DNA of 61,567 nt, filler included, from Basidioascus undulatus (lineage: Eukaryota), in the NCBI GenBank assembly GCA_000826855.1. It is 4 parts of 4 records of this genome, joined end to end, with 100 filler letters (N's around TTAATTAATTAA, not from the genome) between each part and the next. Parts side by side here need not be neighbours in the genome. Positions count along the whole stretch, not along the records: positions 31,391 to 61,567 come from JTLS01000114.1; 3 more parts are not named here. The stretch is one strand, 5' to 3'. The notes beneath the pieces are model-generated. The model made no database searches and was not told where the DNA came from. It saw only the letters and a list, made by a program, of their open reading frames with translations. The position numbers were made by a program, and so were the translations under genes. Shown piece by piece: positions 49,040 to 61,567 of this stretch; position 1 is the first letter of the stretch; each line of letters opens with the position of its first letter.

Positions 49040-50480
49040 CGCTCGAACTGGAATCTCCCAAGCTGAGCTCGCGTCCAGGATCTGGCGACGATTTTGCTAT
49101 TCCTACACGAAACTCCTTGTGATAAGAAAGAGACTATGTGCGACATCATGTCGCGGTGGTGTTCGACTGTGATTCGGGCGCATTGGCAGTATGAAACGCG
49201 GAGTCGACCGAGTCCCCTGTTCTCAGTCCCCGCGTGCCCGCACGCCCCCTTCAGGAGCGAAGTGTGCACAAGGAAATCCAACAATTTGACACGATTGCAT
49301 AAATGGCATTCGCATCGCGATACACGCCGGTGTCTAAGTTCATGATCATCGCTCCCACCCGTACTCGTCCCGCAACCAGTTACTCTACACCCTCGCGCTA
49401 GACAAGCCTCGCCACCGCGTGAATCGGCGCGCCCGGCGGCACGTGATCGCGTTCGAGCACGTATCTGTCTTTGTCTGCTGCTCGGGGGTAAAATAGAGCT
49501 AAGCCATACCCGAGTTTGAGCTGCGTGAGCGATGGCAAGTGCGTCTTCAACGCGTCAAGAATGGGTGCAGGAAGCGCGGACCGCTCTACGCCGGACTAGT
49601 GTTGTCCCAAGCGAACAAACGCAGGCCCTTCACTTGTCACGAATCGGGCTGGGCAGAGGCGGAGCACGACGGGGACTACCAGCAGGGCGGGTGGCAAGGT
49701 ATGAGATGGCTGGGGGGAGGGCCGGGGCAAGAGAGCAAGGACTAGAGACATGACTAGGGACAGGAGGAGCAAGACCGGATTAGGAGCAAGGCTAGCCAGG
49801 ACTTTTACAGGCAGAGGGGCAGAAAGAAAGAGAACAAGGTGGAAGCAAAGCGGGACGGAAACTGGTGGAAACTGTGGCGAAGTAGGGCGGAGCGGAAGCA
49901 TGCGGAACTGGGTAGAACAGGTGGAATGTGGAGCTGAAAGCAACGGAGACTGTGACCACTGGTTTGTCAGGTTGAGGCTGTGACCCATCCTGTGATGTCG
50001 TCGGCTTGGTTCATGACATCACTTCGCGCATGAGCCCGCATAACTCTGCGGCCCTCCCAAGCATCAGTCCAGGCCACTGAAGTTCACGTCGCTCATTCCG
50101 CGTGGGTATGCACTCACGTATTAGGATCTGCTTGATTTCCCTCGCCCACTGCCGCGCCAGCTGAACCGCCTCCAGCAACGCTCCCAAGCCATTATCAAAA
50201 TCTGGTGGCATATGCCAGTGAACCTCAATCTTCCGAACATGAAGGGAAAGCTCCCTCGGATAGCGAAGGAGTTTGTGAAAGCGAGGAAGAGTTTCCTGCG
50301 GCTCGCCGAGGTCGAGCGTAGAGCGATCGAACAGGCGCGATAAGGCAGCGTCATGCATGTTCTGCGCGCCGCTGTGCTGCGCGAAACCGAGCCATGATTT
50401 GAGATGGTCAATCTTTGAAATGTACGCAATTTAACGCCAGATCTCGGGCGGGAGGGCGTCTGCTGGGAGAGGCATGCGCG
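49040..50480 (-). pseudogene. F-box gene remnant, interrupted at ~49670-49990
   Basis: LPPEIWR*IAYISKIDHLKSWL (F-box with an internal TAA) continuing into HDAALSRLF..LSLHVRKIEV; further stops downstream. Confidence 0.55.
49670..49990 (+). mobile_element. Possible LINE endonuclease (APE) fragment
   Basis: Abruptly purine-rich block translating to RTFTG..RTR...CDHWFVRLRL, resembling the TF..RID..SDH end of APE domains. Confidence 0.3.
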
Positions 50481-50679
50481 ATGGGACGAAGAGAAGATGA
50501 TGGATATCGGTCAGGCCCGTCAAGGCTGTCCCAAAAACGTCTGGGGACCGATGGGCGAGTCTGTTCGGGAAAGGGGTCTTTTCGGGAATTCAATGTCAGG
50601 AGTGCAGTCTGGGAGTTCAGGTGCGAAGAAGACTGCTGTTGGGCTGTAGTGCTCCATCAGACTGATCTATATTCTTTAT

Positions 50680-53600
50680 GAGTGGAAGACGGTGCTTCAG
50701 CTTCATGTTCCGCAACGGGCTCTGAGGATCAGGCGGCTCGCGGTATGTCAGATTAAGCCATTTGGTTTACCATCGCACTGGGCATTTCTGATGTATTGGT
50801 GTCTTGCAGATATGCCTGAGGATATGAATTTCCCTTTGTTCCTATGTTTGATCTTATGGCTAACTGGGCAGGTGCTGTAGAGTGGATTGAGGTCCACCAT
50901 CTTCCTGTGCCGGAAAGCCGGTGGAGATCATACCTGTTGGTGCGACAAACGCCACTCCTCCTGCTTCAATGTCCCCATATACAACGGACGAGAAGGAGCT
51001 CCAGGAGCAGCCCCAACCTGACCTGCCTGCAGTGCCATTCAAGACGATGGATGACTTCGAGGTGTACTCCTTCGGCCAGAAGATGAGGTTCACACGGGGG
51101 CAGGTGAGTTCTTTTATGCTTGAGTGTTGGTTGTATGTGTGACCCTGCTAAACTACTGTTTTTCAGATGACCAAGTTCATCGAGTTCATGCGACCTTATA
51201 GTCCCAATGTGACACTCAAAAACGCTCAAGAAGCTGTTCAGATCATCGAAAGCATGCTGGATCCGGATAAAGATCATGGCAGCCCTGAGGACTTGGTAAT
51301 TTGCTGATCACTTGGAGGCAGTTCTTCAACGACACTCTATGTGTAGCTCGTAAGGGCAAGGAACAGGAGATCCCGTTCTGGCGACGTTCACTCCTGGCCG
51401 CGCTAGTCGAAAGGCTCGAGACGACGGAGCCGGAGCTCCAGGGGAAGTTCAGCTTTTACCCGGAAATCTAGCTCTGCGACAAGTCCGGGAAGCGTATACG
51501 GATGTTTGGTGACGTGAAGACTGGAACGGAATGGCAGCAAATTCACGTGAGTGTGTTTCATTGTTGGAGGGTTTGCCCAGCTGATGCAGAGAATGCATTT
51601 CGAAGGATTCGTTGCCGGCAGGTCATGTTGCACTCATATCAGGCTGTATTGTGACGAGACAAAGTTGATCTCTTTCGGATCGGGAAAGGTGAGTGTGTAG
51701 TACCTATTGAATTTCCTCTGTGGGTCTAACACATGCGCTAGGCATGGCGGATCTGGGTCTGGATCAACAACCTCCCCCCCGAATCCGTACCAATGCAAAG
51801 CACCTTGGTGGGCCAATATTTGGGCCAATATTTGTGGGCTCTCTTCCCAACGTGAGTATCAGTACTGTTGTATGCTGCAGTAGCTGACTTTGTGAGCCAT
51901 GATTTTCAGGTTGAGGATTCTGCATCGGAGAAGAAATCTGACGAAAGTGTATATAGCAGCTATGAATGTGAGTATCTCTCCTTGAGTGTATCTCCTGAAA
52001 GTTGTAGTTGATGAATGGAAGGATAGCGGATCTTGGATGACATTCTTGCTGTCGTCCGCAACGGCTTGCTCGTCAAGTGTGGGGATGGTGTGTCTCACAT
52101 CATTCACCCTATTGTTGCTCTTGTTTCTGCAGACTACAAGGAAGCGTAAGTGTGGCTTCATCTCACATCAACTGAAAGGAGGCATGTCATTGACAACCAT
52201 CTCAAGGAAACGACTCCCTGGCACAAAGGGTCAGGGGTCAGCCTGACCCTGCCCAAAATGTCTGGTGCTTGGTACCTTCCTTGCGGACCTGAGTTGGGAG
52301 TGGGAGGAGTGCAGAGTGGGGAAAATGAGGGATGCACACAAGCGTGCCATTGCCAAACTCGAGACTGGGGTGAGGAGTTATGTGGGGTAGGTGCAGAAGA
52401 TTTTGGATGAGCTTTCTCTCCACCATGCTAGGGTAAGTGATCCTCACTTGCTGGATGCCTTGACTGACTGCTCTTGTTTCAACACAGTCGGCATTCTGGG
52501 ATCTCGCTTATATGAACATCCATTGTGCATGGGGTCCTGATCCTCTGCATGCATTTAATATGGGTATCTTTGGACGGTATGTAGCATGAGTGGCTGAGTG
52601 AACATTTACTAATAAGTTATTTGGATTCAAGGCATAGTCTTAAAGGCCCTGTGGACATACTTGGAGAAGCGCAGGAGCCTGGATGGTTCTCGCAGTGCCT
52701 TGAAAGAGCTGGATGATCGGTAAAGCCATGTGGTCTCTGGATGCTTGATGCAGTGGCTGATATTTTGTTCTTTCAGTACATATCAGGTTGGAGCATGGCC
52801 TGGCCTGCATCATTTAAGGGGGGGTTCTCATCGATGTCTTTCGCGGATGGGGAGAAATACCGCTCGGTGTTGAAGGTGAGAGACCCTTTTGGGGGTGGGC
52901 CAGTTGGATTTAGCTGAATCAGTGTAATATGCATCTTTCAGGTCCTTGAACCCATGCTTGAGGGTTTGCATGGACCTGCTCAGGCAGAGGAGGATACTCG
53001 AAAGCTTCCTCAGCTCCTTGCCGCCATCCGCTGCTACGCCAGGCTTCACATCATCCTTGAGACAAACATCCACTGTGATGAGCTCGATGTTCAGATGTTG
53101 CACAAGCTGCTACCGCTGAGTGCTGCTGGAATTATCATGGGCTGTCTTCCTGTGGACTGAATGGCGACGCTGGACTGAACGTACCAGGTAAGCTCTCAGG
53201 AGACATTATCAGATTCGAGGCGGACCTGCCTGTCTACAGGCGCAACATGAGGATAGAGGGCGACAAGGTTACTGACACCAAGTATGTGGCCGAACCCACA
53301 ACGCAAGCTGACTGAGAACACGTGACGGGGTTGCTGGCGGACTTGTCCCACGTGGACGTAGACCCCAACATCCACTTCTTAAAGCGCCGATTGAGCAGGG
53401 TTGAGGTTGCGAACCTCACGGCTGCCGCGGGCAAGCGGGGGGTCGGTCATGTAGCTTCTTGGCGGGAGAGATAGCGGGCAGGTAGTGTTCCCAAGGCACG
53501 AGATGAACTTGATACAGCATCTCCACGCTAATGGGCGGCCCTCCGATGACTTAATGTGCCGATGGGCTGCGGAGCGGCTGGATGGCCTCCAGAGCCTTCA

Positions 53601-55620
53601 CGACTCTGGCGTGATACATCGTGACTTTACGCTTCGCAATGTCATGTATTCTAGCCCGCTAGTCATATGCGACCTTGAGGGATCGATCTGTTCACCCTGA
53701 CACGCAGCACCCGAGGTACTTTCCAGGGGGCAGGTTCTCCGCCAGCGGTGTCTACGCGTTCTCCTGCTGTCTCTGGCAGATGTGGCATGCCAATACCCCC
53801 AAGCCATTCGTAGAGTTGGACATTGACGGTCCACTCCGCGAGATCTTCCATGCATGCAGGAGAGAGGATCCAGCCCAGAGGCCCTCCGTAGCTGAGCTGA
53901 AGCATGCGCTCAGCAAAGTGCAAGTGCTGATGGTGGTACTGTCGCCCTGACCCCTCTCCGACTCTGTCCCTTGACAATTTCGCGCTTCTCTGTGAACTAC
54001 CCACGCCAGCCGCTAGATTTTGGAAATCATCCTACAACACATGACTTCGGGTTCATTCGCCTCATCCTGGATTCTATCAGCTTCTTTAGCGTTCTCTCCG
54101 ACCTACCTGATAGCGTAGTGGAGCTCGCGAGGGTAGGCAGTGAGTTCTCAGAAGGGCTCCTTACTTTCCCTGTCTGGGTATGGGAATCTCGTCCTCAAGC
54201 TCAGGCTCGTGGTGACCAGAGTCGGTAATACCCGCAAGTGCGAGGACCTCGGCGGTAGCAACGAGGCGGCGGCTGGCACCGGCGCTCGACGCACCCTGGT
54301 TAGGAGCCTCAGGACCCTTCACATCCGAAGTACCCGTAACGAGTGCAGAGTTGAGGGTGAAGCTAAAGTTCCAATCTCCCTCGTTAGTGCCAGAGACGGG
54401 CTCGCCAGTGCACTTCACGCGGATCTCACTGAGAATGGCGCAGACCAGGCTCTTCTTGTCTGCGTTAACGAGGACGTCGCGAAGCTTGACGTTGTATACG
54501 TCGGCCTGCGAGTTAATAGTGCTCCACTGTGCACTCGGTGGGGATCGAGCCGTGAGAACATCTCAGTGCTCTTTGACAAGGACTTCAACTTCCCAAAGGT
54601 AGGCTGGCTGTGGCAGACGGGAACGAGTACGCTTATTGCTCTAGCAGATGCATTCCTTGGTCCATCTCTTTGCGGACGTCCGCAAGAAGGGCCCTACAAT
54701 CTAATCCTATACTCGTCCTGGCAAAGGTCTCCATCCCGAACAGAAGAAAGATGCTTCAGTCTGCAGTCACTCTTTTACCAATTTCTGATCTGGAATGTCA
54801 CCCTATACAGCTGGTCCTTCGGCGTGCACACAATGAGGCTCTGTCTCGTCTCACTCGTGAGCTGTGCGGGGCGAGACGGCTGCGTGTGCCCACGCGGCGA
54901 GTCCACCGGGATCGTCACCTCAGCGAGAAGTTCAACGTCACCCTCGCATCACCCAGCCGCCAGCACCCTGTGGTTACCGCGCCGCTTACAAGTTATCTCA
55001 CCAAAGCGACGTTACCTTCTGGGGCTTCTACAACCGCCTTCGGATCTTCCTCCACTGCCGGGACAAACCACGGCTCAGTCCTATGAGTGGGTGCGACAAA
55101 GCGACTGGAGAACTCGGAGAAGGTGAGTCATTTTCTGCTCTGTTTCTGACTATGGTGCTGATTGTGGCCCCTGTCAGATCAAGGTCTTGCGTGCGGTACG
55201 AGCCGAGTTCACCAGCCTCAAGATGTTCCATTCGGAGGTCAATCTGCTGCACTGCACGCCTGACTGGCAAAACGGCTCTCCGCGATACGGCTCTGCAGTC
55301 ATCCATGAGGGCCAAGGCTAGCTTGGTTTTGTCTAGCTCCGGGCGCTGTTAAGTGCGGAGTACGAGGGTGAGACCGTCATGCTCGGTCTGGTGCATCGCT
55401 TCTTGCGAGCGTGGCGCCTGAAGGAACATGGGACTTTGCAGGTGGAGATGAACCCTTCTTCCGACTTTATTTTTCTTCAGAGCATAGAACGGGCTTGCCT
55501 TCTAATTCCCTCCCCTTCCACTCCTCATGTCTACACTGTTGCGGAGACCATTGCCAACGATGTTCGCCTTCGTTTCTTGGACGCTTTTTCTGAAGTCTAT
55601 CTTCTTATGTTATCCATGCT
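50680..55620 (+). mobile_element. Degenerate intron-containing Plavaka-type DNA transposon
   Basis: PFKTMDDFE, TGTEWQQIH, IRLYCDETKLISFG, AWRIWVWINNLP, PDPLHAFNMGIFG, WPGLHH..SFADG, DFNFPK/MHSLVHLFADVRKKG, CTPDWQNGSPRY, FIFLQSIERACLLIP..DVRLRF. It has many stops and frameshifts; termini were not identified. Confidence 0.8.
53230..53950 (+). pseudogene. Protein kinase fragment inside the transposon
   Basis: LDGLQSLHDSGVIHRDFTLRNVM, LVICDLEG, VYAFSCCLWQM, ACRREDPAQRPSVAEL; frameshifted. Confidence 0.75.
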
Positions 55621-58559
55621 TATTGGATCTTTGTTGGATTCCGCATGTAAAAGTGCTAGAAAATTTTAAAAGTCTTGCCAAACATCTGCCCGTCGTTAGC
55701 ACCGCTCCCTTCCGCTGGCGACGAACAATGCCGCCGGCACTCCTGCTCTTCATAAACACGATCTATTCACCATTCATCTGCATCATACCACCTGCCCACT
55801 CGCCTTTCTTGCTTTTTTCGGACCACCCGACCCATAAGAGACAATGAACCCGTACGCGGCGGTGGCAGCGGTTGCCGCTGGCAAAACTCTGGCAGCGGTG
55901 GATCTGCGTCTGCCGCGGCAAGTGACTTAACGGGTCCAAGATCCATCCAGACAGGTAGAACAGGCTAAGTGATTTCCCACAACCAAACATGCGCTAGATA
56001 AACCAGAGAAGGGTGGTATCGATGGCAGCCGTCGGTCAGAGTACAACGGGGCTGCGTTGCGCGGGTGGCTGGAGGCTGCCCTCGAGATGACAATGCATTC
56101 ATCTCACAGCACCAATAATTGGGGGGAGTATATCCGACGGGGCTTGCAAGCGGAGAAGGCTGAAAGAGAAATGCGCCGGGAGCTTCGCAGCGGCATTGCC
56201 TCCCGCGGTGTCCTCTCGCCTGCAGCCTGCCTCTTCCGCCTTCCCCTTGCGCGGTTTGGGATTGCCACTCGCGTGCCTACCACCGGTGCAATGTTTGCCT
56301 TTCAGCAACTATATAAAGCCAGGGCTCTTCCACCGAACAAACTCATCATCCAGTCGCCTCATCCTCTCCACTTCCACCGCCAGCAATCCCCAACCCTCCG
56401 GACCGGACCGTGCCCCCTCGAACGGTCCTATTCAACGGGCGGGGCAACTCCCGTGAAACTGGACCTGCCCATACCCCAGTGTCAGCATGCAAAGGGCAAG
56501 AAGAAAGGTAGAGATCACGGAGAGCTTGGACGCACCTGGAGCGCAGCCACCCGCTCGCGGTGCTGAACGCGACCGAGCAAAAGAGCCTTGGTCTGAAAGA
56601 AGACCCAAATCAGCCCAGCCTTACCGCTCCAAAAATTAAACGGAAGACGAAACTGATCGACGCCATGGGTGCCGGGAAGACCAGCGTGAGAAGCGAAGGG
56701 GAGGGGGAGGCGAGAGACCGAGTCCTGCCCTGTGCCATGCCCCGCTCAGCCGCCGCTCCGCTTGAGCATCCGCCAACAACCCCAGCACTCACCTCAAGAA
56801 CTCTCTAACATCCCACCATAGTGCCTGCCGTGTGCGCAAGCCAAGCCCTCAAGCGCGAGCGCGAAGGGAGAAGATGCCCGGCACGCGCGAGCCAGTCGAA
56901 GAAGGACGAGCCTAGCGCGGATGCACCAGCACATTACCCTGTTGGCTGAGAGCGTGCGAAGGTGTGGGGGGGGGAAGGGAAGGGGGGAAATAGAAAGACC
57001 TGCCCTACCCAGTGCAAGGTCAAGGCAAGGCGAGCAGAGAACAAGAAAGCTGACGGGGGTCCGACAATGGCAGCGCAAAACGAGAGAAGGTCTTGATGGT
57101 GGGAGGAGAAGTGTTTTTCGCCCACGGTCTTTTTCGCCCACGGGAGCGATTGAAAGGAACCAGGGCCCGTCCGTTGCGCAACGCGAGAAGACGGAGGTTC
57201 AGGACGGGACACGGCGATACGCCCCGTCGCAGGACGACCAAGCAGAGCCCGGACGTCGGATCTCGCGTGAGCATCGAACGGTAAGTTGAGAATAATTTAG
57301 ATCTTGTTTGGGTGAACGCGGATGAAAAGCTCGATCGAAGAAGGTGACTGGCGTTCCTTCATTGTGTTCCTTCATTGCGCCGGATGACACGGGCAGAAAT
57401 GCTCAGGCCGGCTTTCCCCCCGCGCCGTGAGCTCCGCTGAGGTTGTGATGTAGGTGTAGGTGGATTCCAGCGAGGCTCAAGACCCGGAGTGAGCAGGGAT
57501 GACTGTTGGATGGAGTTGATGGAGTGAAGGTCGAGCGCAACCACCTCACGTCAACTTGCGTCAACAGCATCAAATGTCAATCGTTCAGGCTGTCAAGCGC
57601 AGTCTTTATTTCACCGCGGCTAAGACGCCTTTGCGGATTCTTTTTTCCATACAAGGAACAAAAATTCAACTTAATATCTGGAAAGGAGCCCTATTTCCAT
57701 GAAGCAGCTTGCCGCCGCTGAGACCGTCGCACTGCTGACATCGTCCTGCGTGCCGACCAAGCGGCCTGCCGACTCCAGTCGTGTGTTGTAGCAAACTGGC
57801 AATTCATGGCTCATCGCAAAGATCACTTCGTTTGGACTGGAACACAGACCTGAAATGGCCGGAACCTGTAGTCTTCCAAGGGCGGCCCATTTCTTTGTGT
57901 TCTGACCGACACTTCAGCGCAAGCCGCCACGGCTGCGTCGCGGGCAGCTGCCCATCTTCAAGCTCCCAGTGCCCGGTCTTGGGCATTTCTTCTTGATACA
58001 ATTCTTATAGGTCCAACTTTCAATTACCTTTTTCCGTTCCAAACTTCACCTCCTCGGGAGCGAGGATCAGATGATTTCTGAGCCGAGGTCCGAACTTTGG
58101 GCTCGTTTCTTCTTGCGTTCTTTCCACGGCTTGGGCCACGAGGCACAGTGACTCACTCAACGTGGATAAACAATGGAGTGTTCTACTATTTTTTCTTCCT
58201 CTGAGCGACTACCCACCTGAACTGGGTACCACAGGCGGGCCTTCCTGTCTGCAGTGCGTGAACCACCTCGCCAGTGCGCGCTGTTATTGCGCACATCGTT
58301 TGTTACGCACAGCTTTGTTTGTTCCGACTGTTACAATCTGTTTCTTTGAGGAACAGCATGTGACTTGTTACAACATGTGATTTATTATGAAGCACCCCGG
58401 CTGACATCATGCAGTCTTTGGATGGTGCCTGGCTCGGAACAGGAAGCTCGACCGAGGAAGGCCATCGAGGGATTCACCTCGAGTTTTTGCCACCCCCCTC
58501 CAACTCCTTGTTCCTTAACCACCAGCACAACCCTACCACTTTCCACCACTTATTTCAAC

Positions 58560-59596
58560 ATGGTTCTATATCCTTCCGAAGATATGTCCTCCGGCCTTAT
58601 CCGGCTCGCCCCTGGGCTGGCCGTCGACGCCTCCCCGGCAACGCAATGGCACATCTACAGGCAGCACATTAGGCCTACGCAGAGCCCCTATCCCTCCCTC
58701 TTACCCTCCGAAGCCGCCCAATACATCGATATAATGGCGGACTGGCCGCTAAAGGAGCTATACCTCAACGTCTACGAGCTCGACTTTGAGCTGCTGGCCC
58801 TCATTGGGCGATGCATGCCGCAGCTCGCGAAGCTCGAGCTCACGGCCGTAAGCTGAATTCTTGCCTCCTCAAGCAACTTTACAGAAGTTGACAACTTAAT
58901 CCGAATGGTGCCTGTAAGACCCGTTCTCAGCCGCTCGCGCCATTGTACGGCGCCGACGCATGGGCCAGCTGGCTTCGGACGACACACATAGCCACGCGCA
59001 TTTCGACGTCCTCCGACCCGCACACCTTGGGGCTCTGCACCCTTCTCCTTCTTGCTTTCGAGCCCCTCTCCTCCCTGGAAGACGTCTCGCTCAGGCTCGA
59101 CCTCGACGCGCTCGCAGGCGGCCCGGCGCCATCTCTTGCGCTTTCGCACGAGCGCGCGTTCCAGGCGGTTGGGGCGCTGGCAATGGCCTGTCCTGGGCTA
59201 GGCAAAGTGCGAACAGGGGCTGGGATCCAGAAGCGGTTGTGGGCAATTACGCACTTCCTGCGGGCGGACGGGCAGGGATACGCCGACGTCGAGCTCGTCG
59301 ATGGAGCCAGGCTGACATTGTGGTCGCAGCCCGCCGTGCAGCAGCCGTTTTGGCAACCGCCTCCACCGCCACCTTTCTGGTTCGACCGGAAGGTGGACAG
59401 TCCATCTAGTCCATCTTCTCCTAGTTCATCCACGGGATTGTCCCGCTTACGTAGCTCGACTACGAGCGCGGAGGACGATATGGCCTCGACCGCCAGCGAT
59501 GAGATGTTCTCACCTGGCGCGCGCACTTTTACTGGCGCACATGTCGGCTGGTACCCCCCTTCGCAGCAAAGCGGTGCGCTGTGGGATTGTCGATGA
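58560..59596 (+). CDS. Hypothetical two-exon protein with LRR/RNI-like segments
   Basis: LKELYL, CMPQLAKLEL, LSSLEDVSL, ACPGLGKV; intron GTAAGC 58848..CAG 58930 keeps the frame. Confidence 0.6.
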
Positions 59597-60235
59597 TGCG
59601 TTTAGAGGGCGGGTGTATTTACGGTGGTTCTTTCTATTTTCCGTTAACGCTTGATTCAGAAGAGTTCGACGTTCGTGGTGGTGACGCGGAGTACTTCTGT
59701 TTCACAATCATTCGGTTCTATGTTATTCGTTTCCTGGAGGCTTGAAATATCCTAAAACTCTAAACTAGTTCAATGATACTATGATGGTTGTCAAAGATGG
59801 ACGATCTGCGGCAGAGTGGCAAAAGTCGCAAACTTGCAGCCCTGTCGCCGCCCTCGCATCACGAGAGCGCGAAACACTGCTGGACCATTTTAAACACCCT
59901 TCCATAAAGGCACCTGCTAAAATGAATGTGCGTACCCCTTAAGCTGTGCAGTTGTGAACCTACGGCTCGAAACTGGATGGTTAACAGGCTGACCGGCTTA
60001 CACTGCAAGCCTGCGGCACTCGTCCCTATTCACATGTGCCATCAACGCAAACGGTTTCTTAATATCTGGACATTGCAAACTTTCCCAATAAGAGGAGGTT
60101 AACACCATCACTAACACCAAAGGAATTCTCTGTGTTCAGCAGCCCGGCAAGACTGACAAGGGTGCAGGCGAGAATTGGCGCCTCGCTATTCCCGAAGGTC
60201 CACGCACCACGAGCTATACTTGAAGAATTCATCAG

Positions 60236-60693
60236 TCATGCCTCAACCACACACCTACAGCGAGCGCCCCCTGTGCGCGCCCGCCCCCCCGTCGGCCCGC
60301 GCGAAAAGCACCGCCCCTCCAATGTCCTCCCCTCTCGTGTCCCTCTCTCCTCTCCCTCTCTCCTCTCCACTACCAGCTTTAATCCGCACAATTCCATCCC
60401 CCGAGTCCCCTGTAGGTGCCCAATGCTCTTCAACCCCTCCTGCGTCTCCACCACCCCACCGTCCCGCCCTCCACGCGCCGCACGCTAACCTTCGCAGTCC
60501 ACGCAACCACTCCACCCGCTCCTCCTCCTCCTCCCCACCCAAATCCACCCCCAATATTCGGCACAACTTTGACAGGCTCCAGAAGGACAGTGAAGCCCTC
60601 TTGCGCGGCGGCTTTGAGACGCAGGTCGAGCAGCGAGAGCGCCTGGCGCGGGGAGGGTGCGGTGCTGCCTAGGTGGAGGGTTTGGGGGGCCAT
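60236..60693 (-). CDS. Hypothetical protein (3' boundary uncertain)
   Basis: ATG at 60693 after a CT-rich leader; MAPQTLHLGSTAPSPRQALSLLDLRLKAAAQEGFTVLLEPVKV..; GTTAGC donor at ~60489. Confidence 0.35.
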
Positions 60694-61299
60694 CGTGTGG
60701 GATGAGTGGGTGTTTGGGGAACTTGTTGTTGGGAGGATTTGTGGGCTTAGGAAGAAAAGAAAGAGAGAGAGGAGGAGGACACGGCGAACCGCCGCAAGCA
60801 CGCAGTCAGTCCAGCTCGCAAGCACTTCCAGGGTGAGAGCCGGCCTTCGGATCTCGTCCACCGTCGTAGAGCGTTTATTCTTGATTACCGGGCCCGGGGC
60901 ATGTGAAAGTGTGCTTTTGAGAGACAGGGGAAAGGATACAGGCACAGGGTAAGGGCGCCAGTGGACTGCAGATTAAGTGGACCGCAGATTACAGACGCCG
61001 CTATCGCTGCGCCCATCAGGGAAGAGCAATGTCGAGCTCCCTGCAAAATCAAATTTCCAGGTAAATCTGCAAAGTCATGGTCGCTCGCGTCAGCTGGAAT
61101 CGCGTGGACGTGTGCATGGTGGACAAGGCGATGCATGCTCTTAGAGCGTGAAACTCTGCTTACTTAAGCTGCCTAATATTCTGCTTTGCTTCCGGCATCC
61201 TCGTCCTCCTTGCCTTGTTGTGCTTGCCTGCTAGCTCCGCTCGCCGTCTTGCCATCGCACACCCAATCTCGAGCGCAAACAGCGAAGCGTATATTCACC

Positions 61300-61567
61300 A
61301 TGGCCCGCCGCTCCTCCCTCAAATCCACCTCCAAAGCCCCTCGCGCCCGCTCCCCATCCGCCTCCCCGCCCCCCGCGCCTGCGGCCGCGCCTGTCTCCGC
61401 GCTGTACGAGGACGACGACGACGAGTCGGCGAGCGGGAGAGAGTCGAACGAATCGAACGACGGTGAGGGTGTGGGAAAGGGCGCGGGTGCGGCGGTTTAT
61501 GTGGATGAGGACGAACTGCTGGAGGACCTGAGTGAGGACGAGTTCGCGCGGGGAGAGGAGGGGGAGG
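61300..61567 (+). CDS. N-terminus of a basic-then-acidic low-complexity (nucleolar-type) protein; runs off the window
   Basis: CACCATGG start; MARRSSLKSTSKAPR..YEDDDDES..DEDELLEDLSEDE, open to the window end. Confidence 0.55.
   Translation, partial: MARRSSLKSTSKAPRARSPSASPPPAPAAAPVSALYEDDDDESASGRESNESNDGEGVGKGAGAAVYVDEDELLEDLSEDEFARGEEGE

Noticed and set aside
51811..51836. 13-bp tandem duplication, plus (GGAT)n at ~4276 and ~26128 and other short tandem repeats
   Set aside because: Ordinary slippage products; no spacer structure, not CRISPR-like.
54140..55126. 328-aa + strand ORF
   Set aside because: Chance off-frame read-through across the insert/Plavaka junction; the transposase motifs lie in other frames.

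Overview
Eukaryotic, intron-rich fungal DNA. The short introns with GTGAG/GTGCG/GTACG donors and CTRAC branch points, the GC-rich codons and the gene families point to a basidiomycete; a yeast-like lineage is an inference. The window is four contigs joined by 100-nt artificial N44-TTAATTAATTAA-N44 spacers (10378-10477, 20839-20938, 31291-31390), so synteny across them means nothing. Apparently intact genes: homoaconitase LYS4, CCDC130/YJU2-like splicing factor, GH5 exo-glucanase, a HeLo-like + pseudokinase protein, a small secreted Cys-rich protein, a Kex2-type repeat-peptide precursor, CENP-H-like, importin alpha, a PEP2/SnoaL-like protein and NUS1. These alternate with many disabled or truncated genes: ZUP1/Mug105-like DUB, a secreted protein, PITH, DHFR, AA9 LPMO, an MFS transporter, a CPL1/PriA-like gene and F-box genes. 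There is also a decayed Plavaka transposon carrying a ~1.4 kb insert of gene fragments, and half a tRNA at a contig end. Best leads: (i) a doubly disabled DHFR and the general decay of conserved genes, (ii) an MLKL-like HeLo-pseudokinase, (iii) a secreted precursor predicted to release a (KKEHK)n peptide and a GGF/GGL-rich peptide, (iv) two convergent genes both cut off at introns ~50 bp apart. All gene models were spliced by eye and family calls come from remembered motifs; no database searches were run.
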